64,000 bases of DNA, taken from Euprymna scolopes. Its lineage: Eukaryota. Of the stretch, positions 48,561 to 60,176 are shown one piece after another. The DNA lies in the NCBI GenBank assembly GCA_053919585.1, contig CM132788.1. One strand, given 5' to 3'. Each line of letters starts with the position of its first letter. Within the stretch, counting starts at the first letter, position 1. Under the pieces are notes generated by a model that had not been told where the DNA came from, did not search any database, and saw nothing but the letters and a program-made list of their open reading frames with translations. The position numbers were made by a program, and so were the translations under genes.

Positions 48561-49559
48561 TGCCTATAATTTATTTCATCGTAAAGATAGTAACTAAAAT
48601 AAAACTTGACATTTTTAAATTTTGAGCAGTGGATTTCAAGTAAAAAAACAAGGACCTATTCTGATATTTTCAATCCCTGCTATTTCTTCAAAGTTGATGT
48701 TTGTGCAGGCCACAAATAAACAATGGATCACATGTTAGATATACCCGATCTACATAATGATTCTGGGCAATGCCGGGTAACCCTACTAGCATTATATAAA
48801 ATGGCGAGAAAAGAGACAAGAAACATCACATTTTATATGGTTAGATGTTTTGTTTTGTTTTTTTAAATAAAAAATATAGAAACAAATTGTTATAAAATGC
48901 AAACGTCAAAAACCCAATTCCAAGTAGCTATGATTCTTTTTTCTTGTACATTACCATTTTTCAAAAGATAGAGATGGAATTTTCCAGTTACATGAAAGAA
49001 ATCACACAAGCAACACAAATTATGAGCTATTCTGATTGTGGAATGGCAAGAAATACCCTTTTTCTTTCATTTACTTTTCCTATTAGAAAGATTTTTTTTT
49101 TCGAGTAGATGGGGGAGGGGGCTAACCGTCCTTAAAAAAAACTGCATAACGATCATCAGGCAAGTAGCATTTTAAGCAAAATAGCTATTTTCAATCACAA
49201 CCAGGAATTATTAGAGATGGGGGGGATGCAAATTACTAATAGAGCAACAATAAATTTATTAAATATTTCTATATTAATAAAATTATGCAACTCTCCTCTG
49301 CTCACTAGTTTCCTCCTACCTACAGCCATGGTCTTTTCAAACCTAAGGTTAATAAGTGTCTCATGTCCTGCGGTAATTATCTTTCATTCTTATAAGCTCC
49401 TTACATCAAGTGGCTTCATGCCTCGTCTCAAACGATTTCCATAAAAATAATTGTTCTTGTATCTGTGATTTGCACATTAACTTTAATAATTACTTTTACT
49501 GGTCCCATAACCAATAAGAGTCATAGAAGTGCTGTATGGTGGATGAATGATGAACCAGC

Positions 49560-49985
49560 TAGTTCCACTTGGTGTGGTTGTGGACAAGTACCTGGGTAAC
49601 ATTAAAGCCTTTTCCTGTCCAATCAAAGATGTTGTTGGCTCACTTCTGTCTGGCCCATATTTTCTCCTGAACTGTTCTTTGTAGGATGATCTTTGAAAAT
49701 CTTTCGATCATATCATGTGCTTATACTATCTGAGTTTCCTCTTTTTCACCGTAGCCACTAAGTCTTGATAATAATGCACTTGCTGAATGACTTTACTGTG
49801 GACTTCATTGTTGGTGACATGGTCCTTGTAGGAGATGTGCAGGAGTTTTGAGGCATCTCATTTTTATTGCTTGGATCATTCAGTGTCTATGCGTCGTATG
49901 AATAAAGCATGATTGAGATGACTAGCATATTTAGTGGCTTCACTTTCATCCTGAGAGTGATGTTTCTGTCTCTCCATTGATACTT
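49560..49985 (-). mobile_element. RTE-clade LINE fragment (C-terminal)
   Basis: Minus strand WRDRNITLRMKVKPLNMLVISIM and LLHISYKDHVTNNEV, typical of RTE ORF C-termini. Confidence 0.7.
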
Positions 49986-52099
49986 ACAAATTGAGATTTT
50001 AATTTTATTTGAATATTTATTGAATTTAAAAATAGATTAAAAATTTGCAAAATAAGGTTACAAAATTAAATCATCAGAATGCATTTCTTTTTCTTTGAAA
50101 ATAAAAATATTTTATTCTTTTGTTAATAGTTAGAAAAAAAACAAAAAAACTTAGAAATTTGAAACCATTTAAAGTGTCAAATAGAAGGCAATCTTGCTTG
50201 ATAATCCTTAACAAATCATTGTGCATTAAAAGTTTTGGAAGCTATGTGAATCCAATAAATTTTAATTATTAAAAACATCATTTTAACAAAATTATAATTT
50301 TATAAAAGTTTGGTTCAATTAATAAACAAGACCATAATCACTAAATTAGCATTTTTACTTCCTATTTTTATAAAATAATAGAATTGACAAAAAGAATGGC
50401 ATCATTTAAAAACAAAAACGAAACAAGACTACCAGGCAACGCCGAATAGGCAAACTTGGAAAAATTTTCCTATTAACCCACTGACACTCATGAAAACTTC
50501 ATATAAAGAAATATTTTATAGAGGCAATAAATAAACAGAAATAGAGATTTAAATGACAAAAAAAAAATAAAAAATGAATAATCCTCCCATTGCACATTTT
50601 TAATCCATTTATTCCAGCTTCCATGGATATTGGAAAAAAAAAAAAAAACATGTTTTTCAATTTTTGAGATAAGGATTTATAATTTACCTGGGGGTGGGGT
50701 CTTTGCCAGGGCGTAAAATATGCTTAAATGTATTCTAATGTATCCATATTTCATATATTATTATATCTGGATTTCCAAAGTAAAAAAAAAAAAAAGTACT
50801 AAGTGCCATCAGCTGAAACCGAAACTGTAGCATTCAAAGCTGGTGGCATTACCACTGTACCAACGTGACAAGCATATAAAATGATCTAAATGAAAAATAA
50901 ACTAAGGTGAATGTTCAAAATGTTTAACGATTTTTTTTTCAATTTTGACCCATTTTTGACCCCTTAAAAACAATTTTAACCGGTCAAAGATCCATAAAAG
51001 AACTGCTCGTAAAAAAATCCAATCATTTGCAAGGGGGGAGGCTAGCACTGCTCTGCGACTTTTAGTTTCAGAGGAGATAGAGTTTGAAAATATGGAGACA
51101 GAAAGACATATATAGCCGTTTATATATTAGATTTGTATTATTTGGATTACAGCTTTCATCTTCAGTGCTATTCTCACCAAAAGGAAACCTTATCTTTTAT
51201 GATGATGTTTGTTATATGTCTCCATAAGCAACTGGCAGTAAAACCCTTATCACTTCGCGGTTATAATTTTTTGGTGACATTAAAGCAAATAACATAAAAG
51301 TTTGCATTATTTGTTAAATAAGCACAAGTCGAAAACTAATTTTAATCAAGTTAAAACGACTTTTTATTTGATAATGTTAAACAAAACATGAAAGTTTACA
51401 TAAAATGTATCATTGAAAAAAATTGCTTTTAATTAGTAATATAAACTGACGGACTTCTTTCGGTCTTTGGAGATGATAAAAAAATGTATGTGTTTTGAAA
51501 TGTTTAAAGTGAAGCAAGTGTTTTCCACCCGATAAAGAAAAAAGTGTTATGAAATGCTTAAAGTGAAGCAAATGTTGCATAATCTGCAACCATATTTTTA
51601 ATCAGAAATTGCTTGAATCTAGTGGCAAAGAAAAATTTTAAATGATAGAAAACCATGTCATAAGGAGTGTAAAAGGACTGGTTCTATTTTGAAATGTTCT
51701 TTCTCCTAGATGAGTTGCCTTATCAAGCCTGAGTATACCCTACTATTTAATCCATAGTTAGATTGCTTTATACCTTTGTCAATCGGGTACAGTCATTTCC
51801 AAACTTAGAGTGACTGGTATTTTCATATAAATACTGACTAGGCTAAACGTTGCTTAACTAGCGTTTTGTGATATAGCAAGCTAAGAAATATAAAATGTAT
51901 TACATAGAGGGTGAATGGAAAATCGACGGTATATATTTGGAATTATGTTCTATATTTGTATATCAGTCCGGAAGTCCTTTGTTTCAGTTATATGTCATCA
52001 AAACAAACACTAGTCAACATTATTATAAACAACACAGTTTGTGTTAGTGCACTGTTTTGGATATATAAAAACAAAAGATCAAGCCTTGATCGCCTTTCG

Positions 52100-52384
52100 G
52101 GACCTGTGACGCAGTGGATAGATATGCTAAATCTACGGTACCAGGTGAGAATTGTTTGAAGATAGCGGTTTCAATCCAACCCAAAAGCCGGCCAGAGGAT
52201 TAGTTGGCCAAAACGTGGTGAGATGACAACAACTATGGAAGGCAGTAATTACTGAGGATATAGTTAAGAGACTTAGCATACCTATCCCATTATGGTTTAC
52301 CACCTGACGAAGGCCAGAGGAATAATTGGCTGAAACGTTGTGAAGCAACAACTAGAAGATAAGGATAATAGTCTGCAAATAAAT
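52100..52384 (+). mobile_element. Family T2 SINE-like repeat with hammerhead-like tail
   Basis: Head GTGACGCAGTGG; tail CACCTGACGAAGGCCAGAGGAATAATTGGCTGAAACGTTGTG. Confidence 0.7.
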
Positions 52385-52671
52385 NNNNNNNNNNNNNNNN
52401 NNNNNNNNNNNNNNNNNNNNNNNNNNNNNNNNNNNNNNNNNNNNNNNNNNNNNNNNNNNNNNNNNNNNNNNNNNNNNNNNNNNNNNNNNNNNNNNNNNNN
52501 NNNNNNNNNNNNNNNNNNNNNNNNNNNNNNNNNNNNNNNNNNNNNNNNNNNNNNNNNNNNNNNNNNNNNNNNNNNNNNNNNNNNNNNNNNNNNNNNNNNN
52601 NNNNNNNNNNNNNNNNNNNNNNNNNNNNNNNNNNNNNNNNNNNNNNNNNNNNNNNNNNNNNNNNNNNNNNN
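52385..52671. other. Assembly gap (N run)
   Basis: Run of N, with the same 20-mer ATAATAGTCTGCAAATAAAT on both sides. Confidence 1.
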
Positions 52672-52989
52672 ATAATAGTCTGCAAATAAATAAACCAATG
52701 TCCAGTGTTGTCGCATACACTGACAAAACTATACAAAAAACTTTTTTTTTAAAACGCTAAAGGGCTCAAAAGAAAAGTCCGGGCATCGTGATCAGCAAGG
52801 ATGCCTTTGAATAGCCAACAGAGGATCCGGTCATTATTTTGGGAATGCTGTTGGTTCTTATTTCTATCAACAATATAACAGACCCAATACAAGTAAATAA
52901 ATATGGTTGATACAAATCAACGACTAGAGAGTAAGAAATGGATCACAAAGCAAATTACGTTAGTAATATGCTATTACAATTACAACAGC

Positions 52990-53996
52990 TTGGCCTTCGG
53001 GACAAGATCAAAGTGTAGTATCTGTTCCGGCAGATACTGCAAGCTATGACTAGCTATGACTAGCAAAGACCACATGTGGGGGCAACCCCACATGCATGAC
53101 CTTTAACCAGCTCCCATTTCCCACCTTTCGGGAGCTGGTCCCCTTTTCCCTTCCCCCTCCCTTCACTCCTCACATTAAAAATTGGCCTTGTGCCTAATTT
53201 GCTCGGTGAGGGAGCAAATAAATACCATCTGTTCCGGCAGATACTGCAAGCTATGACTGGCTATGACTAGCAAGGACCAGATGTGGGGGCAACCCCACAT
53301 GCCTGACCATTAACCAGCTCCCATTTCCCACCTCTCGGGAGCTGGTCCCCTTTTTCCCTTCCCCCTCCCTTCACTCCTCACATTAAAAATCGGCCTTGTG
53401 CCTAATTTGCTCGGTGGGGGAGCAAATAAATACCATCTGTTCCGGCAGATGCTGCACTTAAGATAATTTGTACCAGTCAATGGAGGGGAAACCCTCTATA
53501 CTGGGACAATTATTATTTTTGGTAACCAGAGTGCCCCCTTTTTGCCTACTTTTAGGGGAGCTGGTTTTTACCTCACATTAAAAACGGCCTTGTGCCTAAT
53601 TTGCTCGGTGGGGGAGCAAATAAATACCATCTGTTCCGGCAGATGCTGCAGGCTATGACTAGCTATGACTAGCAAAGACCAGATGTGGGGGCAACCCCAC
53701 ATGCCTGACCATTAACCAGCTCCCATTTCCCACCTCTCGGGAGCTGGTCCCCTTTTTCCCTTCCCCCTCCCTTCACTCCTCACATTAAAAATCGGCCTTG
53801 TGCCTAATTTGCTCGGTGGGGGAGCAAATAAATACCATCTGTTCTTCAGATGCTGCACTTCTATTTCTTGTTCTCTTTCGGTGGAGGAGAAATCCTTCAC
53901 GACTGAGACAATTTTTATTTTTGTACCTATTCTCCACGTTAAAAAACGACCCTGGTGTCTAACTCTGTCCCGTGGGGAGGCATAGTAAATAGGTAC
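52990..53996 (+). mobile_element. U2-headed retroposon five-unit array (A-A-B-A-C)
   Basis: U2 head 52990-53027; units 53028-53226, 53235-53434, 53443-53628, 53637-53836 and 53845-53996 separated by ATCTGTTC; TSD TACAATTACAACAGC at 52975-52989 and 53994-54008. Confidence 0.9.
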
Positions 53997-54204
53997 AATT
54001 ACAACAGCAACCTCCACACAAAGGATCTCAAAGTTATGCCAGCAATTTTCTAAACACCTGTATAGCAGAAAAAGTTCATCACTAATTTAGGATCATAGCA
54101 AGATGATACTTGTATTAAAGATCGCATTGGATTATGACATTTGCAGAATATCAAGAAAAAAAACTTTAAAAATTTACTTTTAAAAAATAAAACAAATTTA
54201 TTTC

Positions 54205-54445
54205 TAACAAGCCAACGAGTGAACGATTTAGGGGGTAATTTTACCCCTATAATGCCTCCTAGGGATGCAACCAGAATTCTCCCGGAAAATCCATTCTGGC
54301 AAAAATTTACTTTCACTATGACTAATGTTTGTGCAAAATTTTTTTTTTTTTTTTTAATCCAAGGCGTGCTTATTGGGACAAACAAACAGACGAATGAGAG
54401 TGAATCACTAGGTCCAATCCCCCCTTTATTGGGGGACCAATAATC
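54205..54445 (+). mobile_element. Possible Helentron-associated (HINE/DINE-1-like) element
   Basis: Starts AACAAG, has an ACAAACAAACAGAC tract and a terminal CCCCC..GGGGG hairpin followed by AATAA. Confidence 0.35.
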
Positions 54446-56549
54446 TAGTGTAGTCTACTATTTGCAGATGGAAGTTGAAGTATATATTGATTGTATTTGA
54501 TTATAAAATCATTTTTTACTCATTATGATTGAATGATTATGATAATAATAACCGATTGATGATATTATCTGCAATCATAATTAACATTCTATTGTATTAA
54601 TATTGATTTCCAGGATTGTTAAACCATCAAGTTTAAATATTGGGTCACTCGCAATATGTTGCAAGGAGTATTTAATTTGATGGACAGTAATGTTTTTTGA
54701 TTATGCTGAAAGTCAGCACAGTTTGAAAAATGTCCAGGGTTTCTGGCATATAAATACAGTGTCCGAAAATTGATCACGTATTTTGATGCTGATTTATATT
54801 TCAAAATAGATGATTAATTTTGAGACATTTTATATGTGTGTGTGTGTGCGTGTGTGATGCCCCCCCCACCCCCGCTCCAGAAAAAAAATTCACAATTTTG
54901 AACATTATTATGCAATACTTGTTAAAATAATTTAAAAATTTCTGAGAATGTATAGAAACTAGTGTTGAGACGATTAATTGGAATAAAAAATTTTGAGGTA
55001 TCGGAAAAATTTGTGTATTTTCCGATGACACAAACGATTCTTTTAATTATTGTTTTAAAAATAATTTTGCATTGCTGATAAAATGAATATTTATTGATTT
55101 TAAAGTATCAGTAAAACTAAAATCTATAGTCCCCCCCCCACACAACAATTTTTATGTTTGCAAAAACATTCACATATTACATAGGGTTTCTCTTTTACAG
55201 TAGTCTGAAAAGGACATAAAAATCGAAACTATTGCTAAATATTTAAGAGATTTAAAAAGCATCAGAATCGGTAATTGTATTGGAATCGTTCTATCACTAA
55301 TACAAACAGGTGAAGATTTAAAATTTAATGTTTTATTTTTGTTCTCTTTCAGATTGAGTGATGCCATTCACCCACAAAGTCATTTTGCATCTTGAAATAA
55401 GTTTGCACAAACTTGCCTAAGAATGTACTGCATACCCTCAGTGCAAAATAAAAAATTAAAAAAAAACTTCAACTACAAACAAATTTGGATTTGGTACCAA
55501 AAATGTCAAAAACGCTTATGCAGGGGTAATAGATCTGGTAGACATCAACATCAGAAGAGATGGTCAAGCAAGTTTGTGAAAAATTCTGGCAAAGCTTCAA
55601 AAGGTCTGTAAAGAGAACAAGTTTGAAAACTCAGATTCTTCAAATGATGGTCTGGCATATCCTGAAGAAATGAATGAGAAGGCCCACACGAATAGCTGAC
55701 ATTTAAAAGCTGGAAGTCTTCAACTGGTGGTGTCTTCAATGCATTCTCAGGATTCATAGTTCCGATCACGTCCCAAATGCCATAATCCACACACGATATA
55801 AGCTTCCTGGACTTGAAGAAATACTTCTTGTCAGGAGGCTCTAATGGTTTGGGCAGACCCTTCATCATCCACTAACTGACTTGATTCACAAGGCAATAGC
55901 ACAAACACAGCTAGCCAGATGGCACAAAAAGAATGGTTGGTCAACTGAGGATATGACTTCCAACAGACTTGGAAGTTATAACTAGTCTATGCTTCTTCTG
56001 GGTGTGATGATGAAATCGTGAATGGCTAAGGTAACTGAAGAGTCAGCAGAGGACAGACCTGGATGGACTTCCTTGACTCGTGATGCACCAAAGTCACCTG
56101 TAGCGATTCAACCCATCCTCTGTGAATGCCATCACAAATAATTGATTGAAAATTAAATCTTACCTTCTGCAACTTATTTAACCTTCAAAAGCAGATGACA
56201 AGTGAAAATGTTAAAAAATCGTTGTCGACAGGATAGAAAATTGAAGAGTTCAACAAACTTGTAATTTTCAGCAATAAAATGTAACTTCATGCAATCCTTC
56301 CCCCACATGCCTTTCTGCTAGTACTGATAAACTGAAGCAGAGAATCACTTCAGTACTGGATAATGTTAGCAGAGCTATAGAATATTTGGTTTCGTTGCAC
56401 ATAGTACTGTGAAAAAGAATTCTTGACTTTAAGTTGTTTTTTAATAAAATATTTACATCTTAACATGATTTCAATTTGTCTTTTCATTCAAAAATTTTAA
56501 TTTTATTAAAAGATGCATCTAAGAGCTTTTTGTTGCAATTCATATTCAC

Positions 56550-56623
<74 letters not shown>

Positions 56624-56677
56624 TATAATTTTTTTTTTTTTTTGTGTATTGATATTCATATTAAAACCTTTTGTATT

Positions 56678-56872
56678 GGTATTTATTTGTTTCCCCCCAC
56701 GAAAACAAAATGTGACACAAGGTCGTTTTTAATGTGTATGAAAATCAGCTTCCCAAAAGAAAGACAAAAGAGGCACTCTGGTAGAGAAAAATAATAATTG
56801 TCTCAGACAGAGGGTTTCCCTTTCACTAGCATTAGAACAGATACTACACTTTGATCTTGGCCTGAAGGCCAA
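56678..56872 (-). mobile_element. U2-headed retroposon, subtype B-like monomer
   Basis: Minus strand TTGGCCTTCAGGCCAAGATCAAAGTGTAGTATCTGTTCT head; tail CACATTAAAAACGACCTTGTGTC...AAATAAATACC. Confidence 0.8.
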
Positions 56873-56940
56873 AAAAGAAAAAAAAAGCCAGCCTTTTTCC
56901 TATTTATTTTTATGTATTCATTTCTTTTTTTTTTTTTTTT

Positions 56941-57147
56941 ACTTACATCCCCACGAGAACAGAGTTAGACACGAGGTCGGTTTTTAATGTGAGGGGAAAC
57001 CAGCTCCACAAAAAGGGGCACTCAGGTAAGTAACAAAAATAAAAAATGTATCAGTCATGAAGAATTTCTCCTACATTAACCAAGATCAAAAAATTAAGTG
57101 CAGCACCAGAACAGATACTACACTTTAGTCTTGGCTTGAATGTCAAG
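56941..57147 (-). mobile_element. U2-headed retroposon, diverged monomer with B and C features
   Basis: Minus strand AAAGTGTAGTATCTGTTCTGGTGCTGCACTT; tail CACATTAAAAACCGACCTCGTGTCTAACTCTG. Confidence 0.75.
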
Positions 57148-57229
57148 AAAGAAAAAGGCAACTTTTTTTATATTTATTTAAAAAGAAAATACAATTTTCT
57201 TATCTATGGGTCGTAGAATTGCATTCACT

Positions 57230-57916
57230 AACAAAAGATTTAGCTAATTTGCATATTCTTTTAAACATTCATTTTAATTAATTCCCTATTAGTTTTTTTG
57301 GTTTTCTTATGAGATGATCATCTTTAACTATTACGTGTTATTATATTCATGCAGCTGTACTACATAGTTTATGTTTGCATAATATTTGCATAAAAAAGTT
57401 ATAGTAAACACAAAACTCTTTCTATGTATGTGTATATATATTTGTTTAAAAAAATTTGCCAACCAAACTCCTGTCAGTTTTTAGTCTACAGACATGAACT
57501 TAATATATAGGGTATTCGAACCCATGCGAAACTTTAGATTTGGGTTTTAGTGGGGAAAATTGGGGAAAATATGTGAAAAAAAAAAAAGAAAAAATGAATT
57601 GTCAAGGTGAAGGTCAAACGACGGCATTATGAATATGCATGCATAATGTAGTAGCTATTGGTTCATGTTTTAATTTTTAGCCTTGCAGCAAACATGTCTT
57701 CATAGCTCCGGCATTAACGTCAAAGGAAAAAGTAAATAGTAAGTTAAACGTTTTAGTTTCAATTTTCGGTGGTGCCGCACGAGTTGTTGTTTTTTTTTAC
57801 CTTTTAAATCATTACTATATATTAGGTCCAATATAATATAAATACGACATCTGCATTAATCAAAATATCATATTTAAGTGTATTTTACAACTGGGCAATG
57901 CTGGGCAGCCTGCTAG
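57230..57916 (+). mobile_element. Non-autonomous Helitron
   Basis: 3' end CTGGGCAATGCTGGGCAGCCTGCTAG|T; body homologous to 1440-2070. Confidence 0.65.
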
Positions 57917-58098
57917 TGTGTGTGTGTGAAAATATGCTTCTTTTTTTTCAATTATATTTCACTTTTATTTATACCAATCCTTTAATTTATGAAGCTCAAT
58001 GCAATTACAGAGCATATAGAATTGTGCGTGTAAACCTACTTAAAGGAATAAATTGTGAGATGGTCAACATCTTGAAATTTGGAATATAGACTTTCTTC

Positions 58099-58128
<30 letters not shown>

Positions 58129-58131
<3 letters not shown>

Positions 58132-58370
58132 CCCAAAACAACTGGTCTTGATGGAGGGGGAGACTACAAAAATTTGCTATGGTTTTAAATGATCTGAAAT
58201 AACAGCAAGGAGACTTGATTCCAAATATTTCTCATGTCATATCTCCCCTCTTTTGGAAATAGGATACGGTTAGGAATATATCCAGTATCAAATAATCCTT
58301 ATATACTGTTAAATTTACTTTATGTACGAAAACCAAAGAGGGGAGATATAACATACGAGAAATATTCAGA
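58129..58370 (+). mobile_element. Partial copy of the MITE at 40761-41080
   Basis: CTTGATGGAGGGGAGACTA...GATTCCAAATATTTCTCATG. Confidence 0.7.
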
Positions 58371-59304
58371 AGACATTTTCAAAAACATTCCAATACAAAA
58401 CCTATCTAAGAACACTGCCAGGTATACAAAGTACATTTGTGTGAAATTTCATAAAAATCAATCCTGCCGTTTCGAAGTTCATAGGAAACAAACTCACATA
58501 GAGTAGATAGATTTACGAAATACAGGAATGAAAATATTTGTTGAATGTTGAATTTTTGGAGCAAGATTACATAATATTGATTATATGGTAAATTTTGTAT
58601 TCTATAGAACTCTGTACACACACACACACACACACACACACACTTTCTCATAACATATCATGCAAAGATTCTCAGTTTCATCAACTTAAACAATACAAGA
58701 AGTAACATGAAGCCATTTTATATACCAATGTCATTAACGTACGTCATTACTTGATTTGTTACAAATCCTAACTTGGAATTCACCTAGATTAATTTACCTT
58801 TACTTTTGGGATTACTAATAATAGTCACACCGACTAAAATTGCTTTGTCTGTGAGTGTGTGTGCGCGCGCGCATGTTAATTGTATTCAGTTGCACACACC
58901 TCCCCTAAGTCAGACACTAAAAGATAGTGTTTTCCTTTGGCAGGAAAATTCAAAGCAAAAGATCATTCCTCCCTTAGAAGTCTCCCATGTGCAAAAGTAC
59001 CACAGGCATGTGGGGATTAACCTTTGACATTTTCATTCCATACAAAAGGGTAAAGTGTTACCAGGAAAAAGTGACTGGATTCTATTTTTACTCTTTTAAA
59101 GTCAGGTATGTTTAATAGAATTCACTTTTAAACTAATTAACTCACCATCAGACATTTTTGAACACAGCTCCTAGACGCAAGGGTGGGTAATGTGGTCTAT
59201 ATTAAGTTTAATTTAATTGTATGCAAACTAGACAAAGAAAGGTAGAAGCCTATTCTGAAAATTCAAATACGATTTTTGTAAGATTTTAACAATATGTATT
59301 AGAC

Positions 59305-59711
59305 ATCTATAATATAAATCTCACCTGTCTGTTTAAATGTATGTATGTATGTATGTATGCCTAAAACTTTTGACAGAGGCGATGGATTTTCACGAGATCG
59401 GTATCATTTTGAAGCTTGACCCTTCGGATGACAAAATTAGCTAAAAACATTAATTCTTTCACCCTCAACTGGGCACTTTTCTACAGGGAGTGGTCGCTTT
59501 TTCCACCAATATTTTCGAAAGTCATCCCCTCTTTTCGATTGTCTAGTCTGAATTAAAACCTTTGTCACTTCCGGTTTGTCGATGGACGCAACAGCAAAGA
59601 CGTCACTTTTTTTTTTGCACATTCTTTTCCTCTTTCATGGTCCGGGTTCGAGCTTGCCTGCCACCATTTTTTTTTTTTTATTTCTCAACACACACCTCCA
59701 CACACCTAGGC
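59305..59711 (+). mobile_element. Non-autonomous Helitron, module 1 (3' end truncated)
   Basis: A|TCTATAATATAAATCTCACCTG start; reverse complement of 48097-48560. Confidence 0.75.
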
Positions 59712-60176
59712 TAATCAATAAATATTGATGAAGTTTCAGTTTTTTTTAGTATTTTTTAAAGGGATTTCAGAGAACATTATGGGGACAAACTTTAAAATAT
59801 ATCAGATTTGCATTGAAATTGATCCATAGTCATTAGACGTCAATTATGTAAGATTCTCTGAATTTAGTATCATTATATTTTTAAGCCTTCATAAGGAGAT
59901 ATAAAAGTGGCAGAAAATTTCTGTTCGGTGCATTAGTTTTTTCTGAAACAAGTTTTTTTTTTTTTTTTTTAGTTACTTACGGAGATCTTCCCACAAACGT
60001 TAAGGTCAGAAACTTAAGTTCTGAGATAAATTAGGTGTTTGCACCTGGTAAATAGAAATTTCCTTAGATATTTATTCTAGAATAATAAAACAGCAGTTTA
60101 TTTCAGGAAAATTATCTCTTGTCTTAAGATTTTCTTTCAACATTCCTGAGGAGAGTATTGTTAAAATTTATGTAAA

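Noticed and set aside
52365-52691. 20-bp direct repeat around the gap as a TSD
   Set aside because: More simply an unmerged contig overlap or collapsed repeat; the gap content is unknown.
52990-53996. Functional U2 snRNA gene or CRISPR-like repeat-spacer locus
   Set aside because: Only the first ~40 nt of U2 are present, with no Sm site or 3' stems; the units are retroposon bodies and there are no cas genes.
55510-56130. 105-aa ORF as a host exon or LTR-retrotransposon RT
   Set aside because: Only a vague likeness to RT motifs (PFEALPEFF), with no clear catalytic motif or splice support.
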